Of a DNA stretch of 32,000 nucleotides, positions 17,620 through 28,300 are shown piece by piece. Each line of letters starts with the position of its first letter. The first letter of the stretch is position 1. The position numbers and the translations under genes are program-made. Origin of the DNA: Ignicoccus islandicus DSM 13165 (GTDB lineage: Archaea; Thermoproteota; Thermoprotei_A; Sulfolobales; Ignicoccaceae); assembly GCF_001481685.1 (NCBI RefSeq), contig NZ_CP006867.1:690001-722000 (forward strand), given 5' to 3'. Below the pieces are notes generated by a model. It was not told the origin of the DNA and searched no databases. It saw only the letters and a program-made list of their open reading frames with translations.

Positions 17620-18092
17620 TGAAGGAAATGAAGGTAAGCAAAATAAACAATGGAACTGTAATTGACCATATTCCTCCAGGAAGAGCCCTGGAGGTACTCA
17701 AGCTACTAGGCATAACTGGAAAGGAAGGTAAAATGATACTGGTAGCAATGAACGTAACTTCAAACAGGATGAAAGGTGGTAGGAAGGACATAGTAAAGAT
17801 AGAGGGACTCTATTTATCTGAGGACCAAATAAGGAGAATAGCCTTAATAGCACCGACTGCTACCATAAATATTATAAAGAACCGGGAAGTCGTAGAGAAG
17901 AAAGGCGTTGAAATACCCGACGAGGTATCCGGAATATTGAAATGCTCTAATCCTACTTGTATAACTAGAAACGAAAAGGTTAGAGTGGCTTCAAAGTTTA
18001 GAGTCATAAATAAAAATCCGCTTAGATTACAGTGTGTCTATTGTGAGAGTATAATCGAAGAGGAAGAAATTAGTAAGTACATGGTGACGTAA
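17616..18092 (+). CDS. pyrI: Aspartate carbamoyltransferase regulatory subunit
   Basis: VSKINNGTVIDHIPPGRALEVLKLLGI and a zinc site CSNPTCITRNE...CVYCE. ATG overlaps the pyrB stop. Confidence 0.95.
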   Translation: MMKEMKVSKINNGTVIDHIPPGRALEVLKLLGITGKEGKMILVAMNVTSNRMKGGRKDIVKIEGLYLSEDQIRRIALIAPTATINIIKNREVVEKKGVEIPDEVSGILKCSNPTCITRNEKVRVASKFRVINKNPLRLQCVYCESIIEEEEISKYMVT

Positions 18093-18093
18093 C

Positions 18094-18774
18094 TTGAAGT
18101 ACGAATATAAGATATCGGGAGTATTGAGGAAAAGGAAACTCAATAAGTACGTATACGAAATTTACGTGAAATGGGCTGAGAAACCTCCAGTAGGAACGTT
18201 CTTCATGGTGTGGCTGCCGGGGTTCGAAGCCATACCACTCTCCGTAGCCGATTGGGATAAAGGCGCCCTCAAGTTCTTAGTTCAAATAAGAGGTCAAACT
18301 ACTAAGGCGTTATATAGTGCAGAGAAAGTTGGACTAATGGGTCCTTTGGGAAGGGAGGCACCCAGACCTTCTTCGAAACCCACTTTGATAGCCGGTGGAA
18401 TAGGGGTCGCTCCATTGCTTTACATGAGACGCGAATGGGGAGGAAAGTTAATATATGGGGCTCGGAACTCAGAGATGTTGATACCTCTAGATGAGCTTGG
18501 GGGAGAGGTAATAGTAGCTACTGAGGACGGTTCTAAGGGAATTAAAGGTACCGTTATAGATGCGTTCAAGGAAAATCTCGCTAAGAGCGACATCTATTCA
18601 TGTGGACCCCTTCCCATGATGAGGGCCTTAGGCGAAATGGCTCGTTCCATGGGTTTAAGAGGTTACGGGAGTACGGAAGTACCAGTGAAATGCGGAATGG
18701 GGATATGTGGCGCTTGCGCTATAGCGGGAAGGTTATTGTGCAAGGAACCTTGGATACCCCTTCACCTATTTTAA
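18094..18774 (+). CDS. pyrK: Dihydroorotate dehydrogenase electron-transfer subunit-like protein
   Basis: LIAGGIGVAPLLYM, IYSCGPLPMMRAL and 2Fe-2S motif CGMGICGACAIAGRLLC. Follows pyrBI. Confidence 0.88.
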   Translation: MKYEYKISGVLRKRKLNKYVYEIYVKWAEKPPVGTFFMVWLPGFEAIPLSVADWDKGALKFLVQIRGQTTKALYSAEKVGLMGPLGREAPRPSSKPTLIAGGIGVAPLLYMRREWGGKLIYGARNSEMLIPLDELGGEVIVATEDGSKGIKGTVIDAFKENLAKSDIYSCGPLPMMRALGEMARSMGLRGYGSTEVPVKCGMGICGACAIAGRLLCKEPWIPLHLF

Positions 18775-18778
18775 AAAA

Positions 18779-19090
18779 TCATCCCTTTACGTTAACCACT
18801 ATTACTTGGCCGCTACCTCCAGTAGCAGCCCCAACGCTTTGACCAGTAGTCTGTACTGGAACGGTTTGTGGAATGGCTGGACTCAGCGCTGTGGAGTGAC
18901 TCTGTATTATAGTTTCACACGCCGAAATCTTTGGAAACACGTATAGCCAGCCGAAGACTATCAGCAAGAACGTCAAGATTAGTGCTATTACGAAGTCGCC
19001 TATCTTGTCCCTTTCACACTCGTTTGGTAACAGTAATATCGCTAAGGGTGGAAAGATGAACCCTAAGATCCATGCTAGTATCAAACCCAC
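18779..19090 (-). CDS. Small membrane protein, weakly Pmp3/YqaE (UPF0057)-like
   Basis: ILGFIFPPLAILLLPNECERDKIGDFVIALILTFLLIVFGWLYVF, two hydrophobic helices plus a low-complexity tail. Confidence 0.5.
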   Translation of the reverse strand: MGLILAWILGFIFPPLAILLLPNECERDKIGDFVIALILTFLLIVFGWLYVFPKISACETIIQSHSTALSPAIPQTVPVQTTGQSVGAATGGSGQVIVVNVKG

Positions 19091-19180
19091 GAACCTTTCA
19101 CCGATGGTGTTCTAGACTGTAAAACATTTCAATGGTCACTGAAACTGAAACGTTTGGTAAATGTGAATAGAATGAGAGGC

Positions 19181-19330
19181 CGGGAGACCTCGGGGTCATT
19201 CTCCCGATAATCGGGCGTCACGTGGATCCCCGAGGCACTCCTCGTGATGAAATTAGGAATTGAGGATTAGTTAAGCTTAGCCCGATGAGGAGTACGCCAT
19301 CGGGAGAGGAGTGATCGGAAGCCCCCACTG
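19181..19330. other. Strongly folding intergenic element, possible ncRNA or UTR structure
   Basis: Perfect helices CCTCGGGG (19188-19195)/CCCCGAGG (19228-19235) and CACTCCTC (19236-19243)/GAGGAGTG (19306-19313). Nested hairpins CCCGA/TCGGG (19203-19215) and CCCGATG/CATCGGG (19281-19304). Competing hairpin CGGGAGA/TCTCCCG (19181-19206). Confidence 0.4.
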
Positions 19331-19339
19331 AGGGAAAAA

Positions 19340-22300
19340 TTACTTGATTGGAATAGTCATGTTACACGTTACTGCTATTAATCCTACTTGAGTGGACGTT
19401 ACGTTACCGCTTAGCTTCGTCGGTTGACTCTGCATCCCGCATACGCAATAACAGTCCGGCGGCTCTTCGGCTACCTTTGCTGGCTGTGGACTGGGCGGGG
19501 GCTGAATTGCCGGGGTCTTACAGTTGAGGCACTCGGCACCTCCTACTACCGTGAATAAGCTACCTTGATATTGGAAGAGCACGTCCTTGCTGCTAGTGAA
19601 GGCGTAGCTCTCGTAGTTTGCGTTGCAATTAACTTGGTTATCTTGTTCGGCGTAAGCTCTGCATTCGCTCAAACTGACCTCTCCAAGCGAGGTATCGTTG
19701 ACGGTCTTTAGCAGCATATCGGGCCTTTCCGCTTTCTTCGGTCTATCGAAGAGATCTAGGCCGCTCCATACGTCAGCAAAGATACCGACTTGTTGGCCAG
19801 TGTTCTCGGGCGTGGCATTGCTATCGAACGATTTCACAGTGCTAACTAGAGCGCTCCATCCCGCGTTGTTACCGCTAGTTATTCCACTGAAGAACCAGTT
19901 GAGAGCTATGTACGGCCAAGTCCAGTTCTCTCCTAATACTAAGTCAGCCCTATCGTAGTGGAAGACAACGTCACCGCTCTCGTATAGGGTCGCTCCGAAC
20001 CTAGCCCTTAACCACGGATCGTTTTCCCAATATGGATAGAAGCTCTCGTCCCACCATATTGATGCCCACCTCTGACCGTGACTGTAACCGTACTGGGTCC
20101 ATTTCTCGATATGTGCTCCGTGCCATCCCGCATACAGGAAGCTATTCGTCCAAGCTATTAAGTCGCTGAAGAACGGATATATACCAGTGTGGCCTAAGAA
20201 CTCGTTCCAGTTGGGCGTGTAGTCCCTTAGGAACCAATCTTGTTGGGTGCAATCGTCCTTGAAGTACATGTCGCCGTTAACCATTATAGCTATCCAGTTG
20301 AGCCAGTTTACGCCGTAGAACGGGAATTGCGATAGATCGAACGATGGTATGTCCTCCCTACTCGAAGGCGTTGCCTTGAACCACACCCAGTCGTCGTCTA
20401 GGGTTAGAGGGGCGTGCCAACACCCAATGGGCGTTACGTCGCTCGGGTAGCGATAGTAGGACTCCTCAGTAGCCACGAGCACTTGTAGTACGCCTCCGTT
20501 ACACATGTCGTACCATTGTATGGTAACGGTGTGGTATCCTTCAGGTACCTCTATGACGTAATAGTCTTGTCTAGGAGCCGTCGGGTCCCATAGGTCTAGT
20601 GCTGTATTGTTATCTATCCAAACCTTAATTCCATCGTCGTGGCGTATGTAGATCTTAGTTCCCGGCGTGAAGTACATAGTTGTATTCATTACTCCGTAGT
20701 AGGCCCAGTGCTTCCCATCTAGTAAGCATCTAGGCCCTCTATATGGTATCTTTACTAAGGGATTACCTATTAACCAGTAGCTCTCTGGGTTCGTACACCA
20801 ATTGGCGGCGCAACATGGACCACCGTTTGGTAGAGTTTCGTTGCTATACACGGCAACGCTGTAGTCCCAATCACTAGTCGTAGGCGAACCGCTTACCGGC
20901 TTAGTCGGAACCGTTGCGTCCACCTTAGCGACAAGCGAACAGCTCTCTGAACACTGCCATTGCGGATCTAACCATGGTCTATCTCCAGGGGAGTCCGGTT
21001 CCCAGTGAGGTTGATAGTGAGTAGAGAAGGTACACTGGTGACCCCATTGGCAGTCTGCATCCATGGGGAAGGCCTTGTACACCTCTACGTGCCACTTCAC
21101 GAGAGGTTGGGTGTTACTTCCAGTTAGACCCCATATTTGGTTGTTTCTCTCGAGAGCGCCTCTGCGGCTCCACGGTTCTTCTATGTAGTATCCCTTCTTA
21201 GTGAGATAGACTACGTAGAAGCTGTTCGCTTGAACCCACGGGTTGCGAGCCAGTTCTAGTAATTTCTTAGGATCGTTAACCTCCGGACTCTTCGGAGCGA
21301 CTACTATTACGTCGTCTATACTGACCGTACCATAGTGCTCTTCCGAGTTAGAGGCAGTGAATCCTAGGAACCACTCCTCTGGAATACTGAATCCTTCGAG
21401 TCCCACGCTAGTATTTAGTACTAGTTCGTTGTCTATCCACACCATTACCTTTCCTCCGCACGTAGCTATTTGCGAACACGCCTCGAAGGAGCTGAAGCCT
21501 ACGTTAGGCTTCAAGCAGTAGGTCATGTAACTGAACTCGCCTATTGATTGAGATACGTCGAAGTAGCAGTTACCGGACCATTGAGGATCAACGTATATCG
21601 TCAATTCGTGCCAGTTTCCATCTATTATTGAAGACGGTGAGATTGCGTGGTATCCTATGAGTGCGTAAGGTGAATCCTTCACTAATGCGACATGCGCGTC
21701 CACCAGAATATTATTCTCCATGAATAGACCAAGGCTCTTTACTCTATGTGCCTCTACTGGAGGCGCTTGGCTCCTGTGGAAGTCTACTTCTACTGCGTAA
21801 CCGGGACTATAGCCGCTGTTAGGTCCAGCTATTAAGCCTAGCGCGGAACCTCCCCACGGTCTCACTTGCCATACGCTCGTGAAGTCCTTGCTCTCTAACG
21901 GATAGTATTTCTTGTAGAAAGCGACAGCGAAGCCTTCGGGATCGCCCTCAACTTTGAACTTCAAGTTCAATAACCACGGTCTTCCTTGCAGTAACCATCT
22001 GATGTTCTCCATGATTTTCGGATCGACTAATATAACACTGGCTTGGTTCGGCTGACCTGACACTAACTCTATCAGTCCGTTCCCTCCTTGGTTTAGCGCC
22101 TTGAGTCCAAGCTTCGGTTGGGAGTTAGAGCCCGGTGGAGCTTCGTATCTTTTTATTACGGTCCAGTTCGCCATATAATTGAAATCGTCGTCCACTAGGA
22201 CCTTTATTTCACCGCTTTGCGCATGGACGTAGTAATCGTCCGCTGCACAGAGCTTAGCGACCTCAGTTAAGTTCTCTACAGTACCAGGCTGGCATAGCCT

Positions 22301-25300
22301 GAAGTCATCGATGAGGGTAACGGTCGATAGATCCCCAATGTTACCGCTCGAAGTGAACCCGATGCTCCATGCCGGTGGGATATAGAAGCCGGAGCTCGGC
22401 TCGCTAACTACTTCGTTTACCTTTACGTATAGTCCTCCTCCGCAACAACTGTCCGCGAAGTAGATCACGACAATGTAATAGCCTGGCTCTGGGAAGTTCA
22501 GACTGAACGTCCTGACCCTCCCGGGTGTATAGGCCCAGTTGCTCTCGACGATCCTTGGCTTACTTATTATTATCCATTTTCCTTGCTCTTCGTCGTACTT
22601 AACTTTCGCAACAGCAACGGCTTGGGCGTCATCGGCAGCTATTTGGAACTGAAGCGTCGTAGGCTTAGTTATCTGAACTATTGAGTACGCGCTGACGAAT
22701 GCAGCCTCATCTAACTCGGGTGGCCTCTGATATACTACGTAAGTTGCTGCATCAGTTGGTACTATGCCGTAACAACCGCTTATTTGCCTTAATCTGCCGT
22801 CGTACGTAACAACCTCGTTACTTCCTAGGAACCAAGAGGTTCCGAGTGGTTGTATTACGCCTATTGGATATCTATACTCTTCTCCATCCACAGTGATGTG
22901 ATCAATTCTCTGGAACCATATAGAGTCTTCGTCGTTGCTGGCCACTTCGTAGACGTTACCCGGATCCCAAGCGTTGCCGTTATCGAAGAAGTTAGGTATT
23001 GAAGAGGTTGGCGGTTTAAGTAGTTCTCTTATTTCGTCATTGACGTTGACGTTCGGCACGATGTACTTACTTGGATCGGGCGGGACTCTGGGGTTGCGAC
23101 CGGGACAATCATCGAAGTTGTCGTCATAGAATAGCCTCACTTTCCACGCTAGCTTACCAACTCCATTATAGAGCTTGAGAGTTATTGGTTCGTCCCACCA
23201 AGAATTGCCCCACTGCACAATTATCCTATTGAGGCCGGGTCTAGCGTAGATTGTCCATAGTATTTTCGGATTACCAGCCATTACGAACCATCCGGAGACC
23301 ACCGGTTCAATTCTAGTTTCGGTACTCCCATCTTCTCGAAGCACTTGATACTCGTGCCATACTTTTATGTAGTCGCTTCCGTACGCTTCAAGTACTACTA
23401 TTCCATTACTCGATGCTTGGAACTCCGCCACTATTACTGCCCTACTGCTACTACTACCACCACTTCTCTTGGTCCAGACTATGTTTTCCGCTATGTAATC
23501 GAACTCGTAAACGTAGCCTTCGGAGGGGCCATCGAATACCGTTACGCCTTGATCGGGCTTAGCGACGAATACTAGAGACGTTCCCGGAGTTTTCGTAAGC
23601 GGGATAGGGAAGCTATCAGTTAATTCATATGGGTTAGCGTTAGCTACAACGTAACTACCGTCTAGGTTGACCGGGTTCGCGTTCGATGGTACTTCGTTGT
23701 AGTTGTTCGGTTCTTGAGTCGCACACGTCGTACCACTGCAAGTGAAGAGGGCGACGTACCACTTCACGGCGTTACCGTTTTCGTCGTAGACGAAGACGTC
23801 GTGGCCTATAGCGCTTCCACTACCATAGGTGGCCTTGGTTACGTCTTGCGCATCAAGTAGGACTTTATTTACGTTACCGTTTCCATCCATCTCGTACGCT
23901 ACCACGCTCATTCTCTGGAAATAGGCATTTCCTCTACTTACAACGTCTTCGGGCTTAACTATGACACAAATTCTCTTCCATGCGTTTAGGAAGTCTTCGA
24001 ACGTCGTTGTGAACCTAGCTAGGACCTCTCCCGGTAACCAATTGGTGAACATATCTCTATATATCAGTGCATAGTGAGGGGCTAGAGGTTCATTATCTAT
24101 CCAATAGCTATTGGTACCATCGAATTGAGCCATTGTCGTATATCTCGGGTCGAACTCTACACCAAAGCCCGAGCTATCGCCGGTTCCATAGAAGCCTAAC
24201 AAGTCTGGGGCATTGGAGGGTACTATGTAATCGAATTGTTTGTAGAAGCTGAACGTAAAGCCTCCTTCAGGTCCGCCAACGTTCGTTATCCCGCTGTAAG
24301 AGTTCCTAGTCGCGATGAGTGCATTGAAACATGCGACCCAAGGCTTTAATAGATCCTCTCTGATGTTATCCATTACGAAATCGCTTAACCTTATGAATCC
24401 GTTTTGGAGGAGTACCTCCATATCTCCATTGTCGTTTTCAATCGGGTAACCAAGGCTCTTTAAGTAGGTATCGAAGTCGCCTACGTATACGTCGCCTTGT
24501 AGGTTCCACTTACCCGCCTCCTTCATGACCTCAGCATTGGCTTTTCCGATATCCAGTTCGTTTGAAGATATCCTATTGAAGTCTTCCTTGAACGGTATGT
24601 TTACTAGGAGGCTCGGTTGCGAACCGTGTTCGTTAACTAGGTATGGAGACGGACAGTCTGTCTTAGATTGGTGTATGTTATCGTAACAGCCTCTTTCTAG
24701 TGGAGCGTAGAAGACGCCGTAGTTCCCTTGCGGAGGCGGTATGTAGGTACTCGAAGGCTTAACGTTGATCGGTGGGAGGAAGTTAGTGCCCATGTAAGGA
24801 CCTCCTAGTTGGTACCATATTTCGAGAGGCCAGTACTTGACGTAAACGCATACGCCACCTCTCACGGTCTCTCCTGGATAGACCGTGAACGGTATCCTTA
24901 CAGTCACCCAACCAGCTGCGTTGCCGTAGCCATAGTCACTTAGTAGAGGCTTATAGAATATTCCGGCCTTCTTATCAGTTATCGCGAACTTTAGGTATCC
25001 GGTATCTAGAGCATCGTAGAAGTGGATGGTTACCACGTGCGCACCGGGCTTAACTGGCAGAGCTATAGTCTGCGTCATTTCGTAAGGCATGGTTTCGTTT
25101 CTCGTAACTACCTCTTCCACGAACCTACCATACACTTTAGTCTCATCTACATATTCTCTTATTCTTAGTTCATCTATCCAGTAGGGCCATCCTCCCCTAA
25201 CTACTATCCTCGTATACGTTCTCTGGGTGCTCGGTAACCTCCTTAGTTCGGTGTCCTTTAGCGTGTAAGTACCAGTGGTGGGTCCATCTAAGAAGAGCTT

Positions 25301-28300
25301 TACTTCATGAGGCAAGATCGCTAGTTGAGTGAAGTACCACGCCCCCCTTACTAGGTCGATACCGCCGGAACTGTGGGCGTACGCGTTACCGTTTGTTCTC
25401 TCGTCTATACCGATTGACTGACCATTAAAGTCAACGTATGTGGTAAATCCATTGAAACTATCGTCCTCCAGCCCCACTCTAGTTATTGGACAGTTCATGT
25501 GTTCTCTGAGCCTGTAGTTAAAGAACTCGAGCACGTAACCGTGATTCTCATCGACCGTTACGCCTCTTGAGGGAGCCCAGTTCAAGTACCTTATCTCAAC
25601 GTTCGCTTCCTTTCTTACCCTTATCCAATCTAGTTGCGAGTTGCCTTGGTTCCTATTTCTGTCTGAATCGCCGTGGAGGGCTACGTAGATGGTCTGCCAA
25701 TTGGGTGCATTGGTAATTGGGTCGTAGTCTCCAGAGTTCGATAGGATGCCTTCGTAGCTGGTTGATCTGTATATATCTGCCCTACTGTTGCCGTAAATTA
25801 CCTTGAAGAACCTCCAAGAGTTAGCGTCTAGATTATTAGAACCTCCGTATACCCAATTGGGGTTCCTCACTACCCACACTCTGGAATACGTCGTGGTTGC
25901 TGCGACGCCTATGAACCTGTCGTACGGATGATTGGGGTCCCTTACCAACATTACGCCTAGGTCTCTATCCCCGCTGTTGCCTTGTCCTCTGGCCCTTCCT
26001 TCTACTATTATCTTTTCGTTATTGTTTACTATTATGGGGGAGCTCCATACCAAGGCCATTCCTCGTCCTTCGGATCTGACCCACCAGCCGTTCCAATCTC
26101 CCCACATTATTAGGAGACCGTTCTCAATGCTGAATTGCCCAGAGGGGTTGTTCACCGAAATCCAATTGGGATCCAGCGAATTACCATTGAAGTCGTCATA
26201 CAGTAAGAATATATTTCTTGGATCGGTAACTAACCCTTCTTCGCCCCTAGTTACGGTTACGTTGATGCTGGCATTGGGAGCTAGAGAGCTTATTAGTATC
26301 CAAAGGGCACCGTTGCTCTTAGTATGGTCAGTCGTGCATTCGCCAGTCGAGGTTTCGTAGCAGAAGGGTAAGTCGCCGGCATCCGTTTTCACTGAAACGC
26401 TCGTTCCCTTAAACGGCGTTTCTATTCTAACTTGGACGTTGTTTAACGCATTACCGGTCGGGTTCCTTATAGTGATTTTCAAGCTATCCGGAATAGCTCT
26501 TAGGTCCGGTATCTCTAGGTACCCTCCTTGGGGATCGCAAGCGCCGTCCTTCTTCGCGGCACCTCTACTATAGAGAGGTGCGACTTCGTCGTTCGGAACT
26601 ACAACTCTCCCATCACCAATGCTCTTCCATCCCATATCGACGTCGAAGTTATCGTAGTAATGGAACACGTTCTTGGGATCAGTAGCACCGTTAGTACCCA
26701 CTATTACGTTGAGCCTAAGCGCGCTCGGCCCCGGAGGCAAGCTAACTCTCAACCATATGCGTACGTCCCTGGGCGAAGGCTCCGTGGTACAAGGCCCATA
26801 GGAGCTCAGCTGTCCTTGTACTATACCTTCCTCGTAGCAGAAAGGTATGGGATTTCCGTTTTCGTCAGTTACGGTTATCGGTTTTCCTATTAGTTCAGAA
26901 GGTAGTTTAATTGGTATTTCAACGTCCCTTAACTCTCGAGATAGCATGTTCGTTAATTCTATTTTCCATACTTTTTCGGTTATCGTTCTCTCGGTTCTCT
27001 CTATCCAGCTTGAGAACACTGGTTGACCGTCTAGGAAGACTTTGTAACCGACGTCGTAGCTGGTCACTTCTAGGAAGACTGTTCCGTTTATCATTGCAGT
27101 AAATGGTATATTTATTACACCATAGGCTGTCTTGCCAGTGACTACGTTATCGTCATACAGTATTAACTTATCTGCTCCCTTCTTCTCAATAACATCACCG
27201 AATAATCCCTTACCTGCAAATTCAATCACTTCCTCTGGCTGGATAGTAAGTTCGTCACTCGATTGAACGTCTCCTGCTGGAACTTGAGATGGCGTAGAGG
27301 GCTCGATGGGAATACCGTTCACCGTATATAGAGTATAATTAGATTGGAACTTCACGCTTGGGCTGAAGAAGCCCCAGTGATCGCTCAAGTAGTATGGCGC
27401 ATTGAATACTTTCAATTGAGTGCCGTTAGATTCAACGTAAACCTCAGGAACTAAGTTTCCATCTTCATCTTTTAGAATTACTTCGTTGCCTAAGTAGGGG
27501 GATGAGAACGTTAACGACTTGATATGGGAGTATATCGACCAATACCATCTGCTACGATAATACTCAGTACTACCGTATTCGACCTCATCCAACGTTGCAA
27601 TAGTAGGAGTAAAGCTCCAGTCAGTTAGAACTTTCGTATCCGACTTAGGATCTTTAACCCACGCCATGATGCCGTAGATATATGAACACTTGTAACCTCC
27701 AGGTCCGCAAGTGTTCTTAAAGAAGTTAAGTCTCTCTTCTAAGTTCGGATCGCCCTTATAGGCCAATTCGAGATACCTTTCCGGGAATCCCTTTCCTCCG
27801 GCCCCATCGCCCATTGCTAACTTCGTAGCATTGACCGGAATAACTATTGGGAAGTCGTTCCTAAGGATGGTACTTCTCAATTCGAATGGTATGAAGAATA
27901 CTGCCGTTCTGTCGTCTGGAGGCGGCGGACACTTTTGGTTAGCGAATAGGGCTGCTAAGGAAATCCATTGCGTGGTAGGTAATCCCTTTATCTTACAGGT
28001 ACAGTTACATTGAGAGGTTGTTATCCCTCCTTGCAACTGGAAAGACGCAATGCTCAAACCTCCTGTTGCGTTTGCGAGCGTTAATCTGCAAGGCGTGAGT
28101 TCAACGTCTGCTGAAATGGTTGTTACCTTTACGCTATCTACCTTAATGCTTTCTATTCGATCCGTTTGACCAATTAACGATACTTGCACGGAGGCTATTG
28201 CATATAGACCCGTGGAGTTACCGTCTACCAAGACTTCCCAATCGTTCTTTTTGGCGCCTTCATAGAGTAGCTCGAAGGTAGGGGACGAGGCGTTCAAGGG

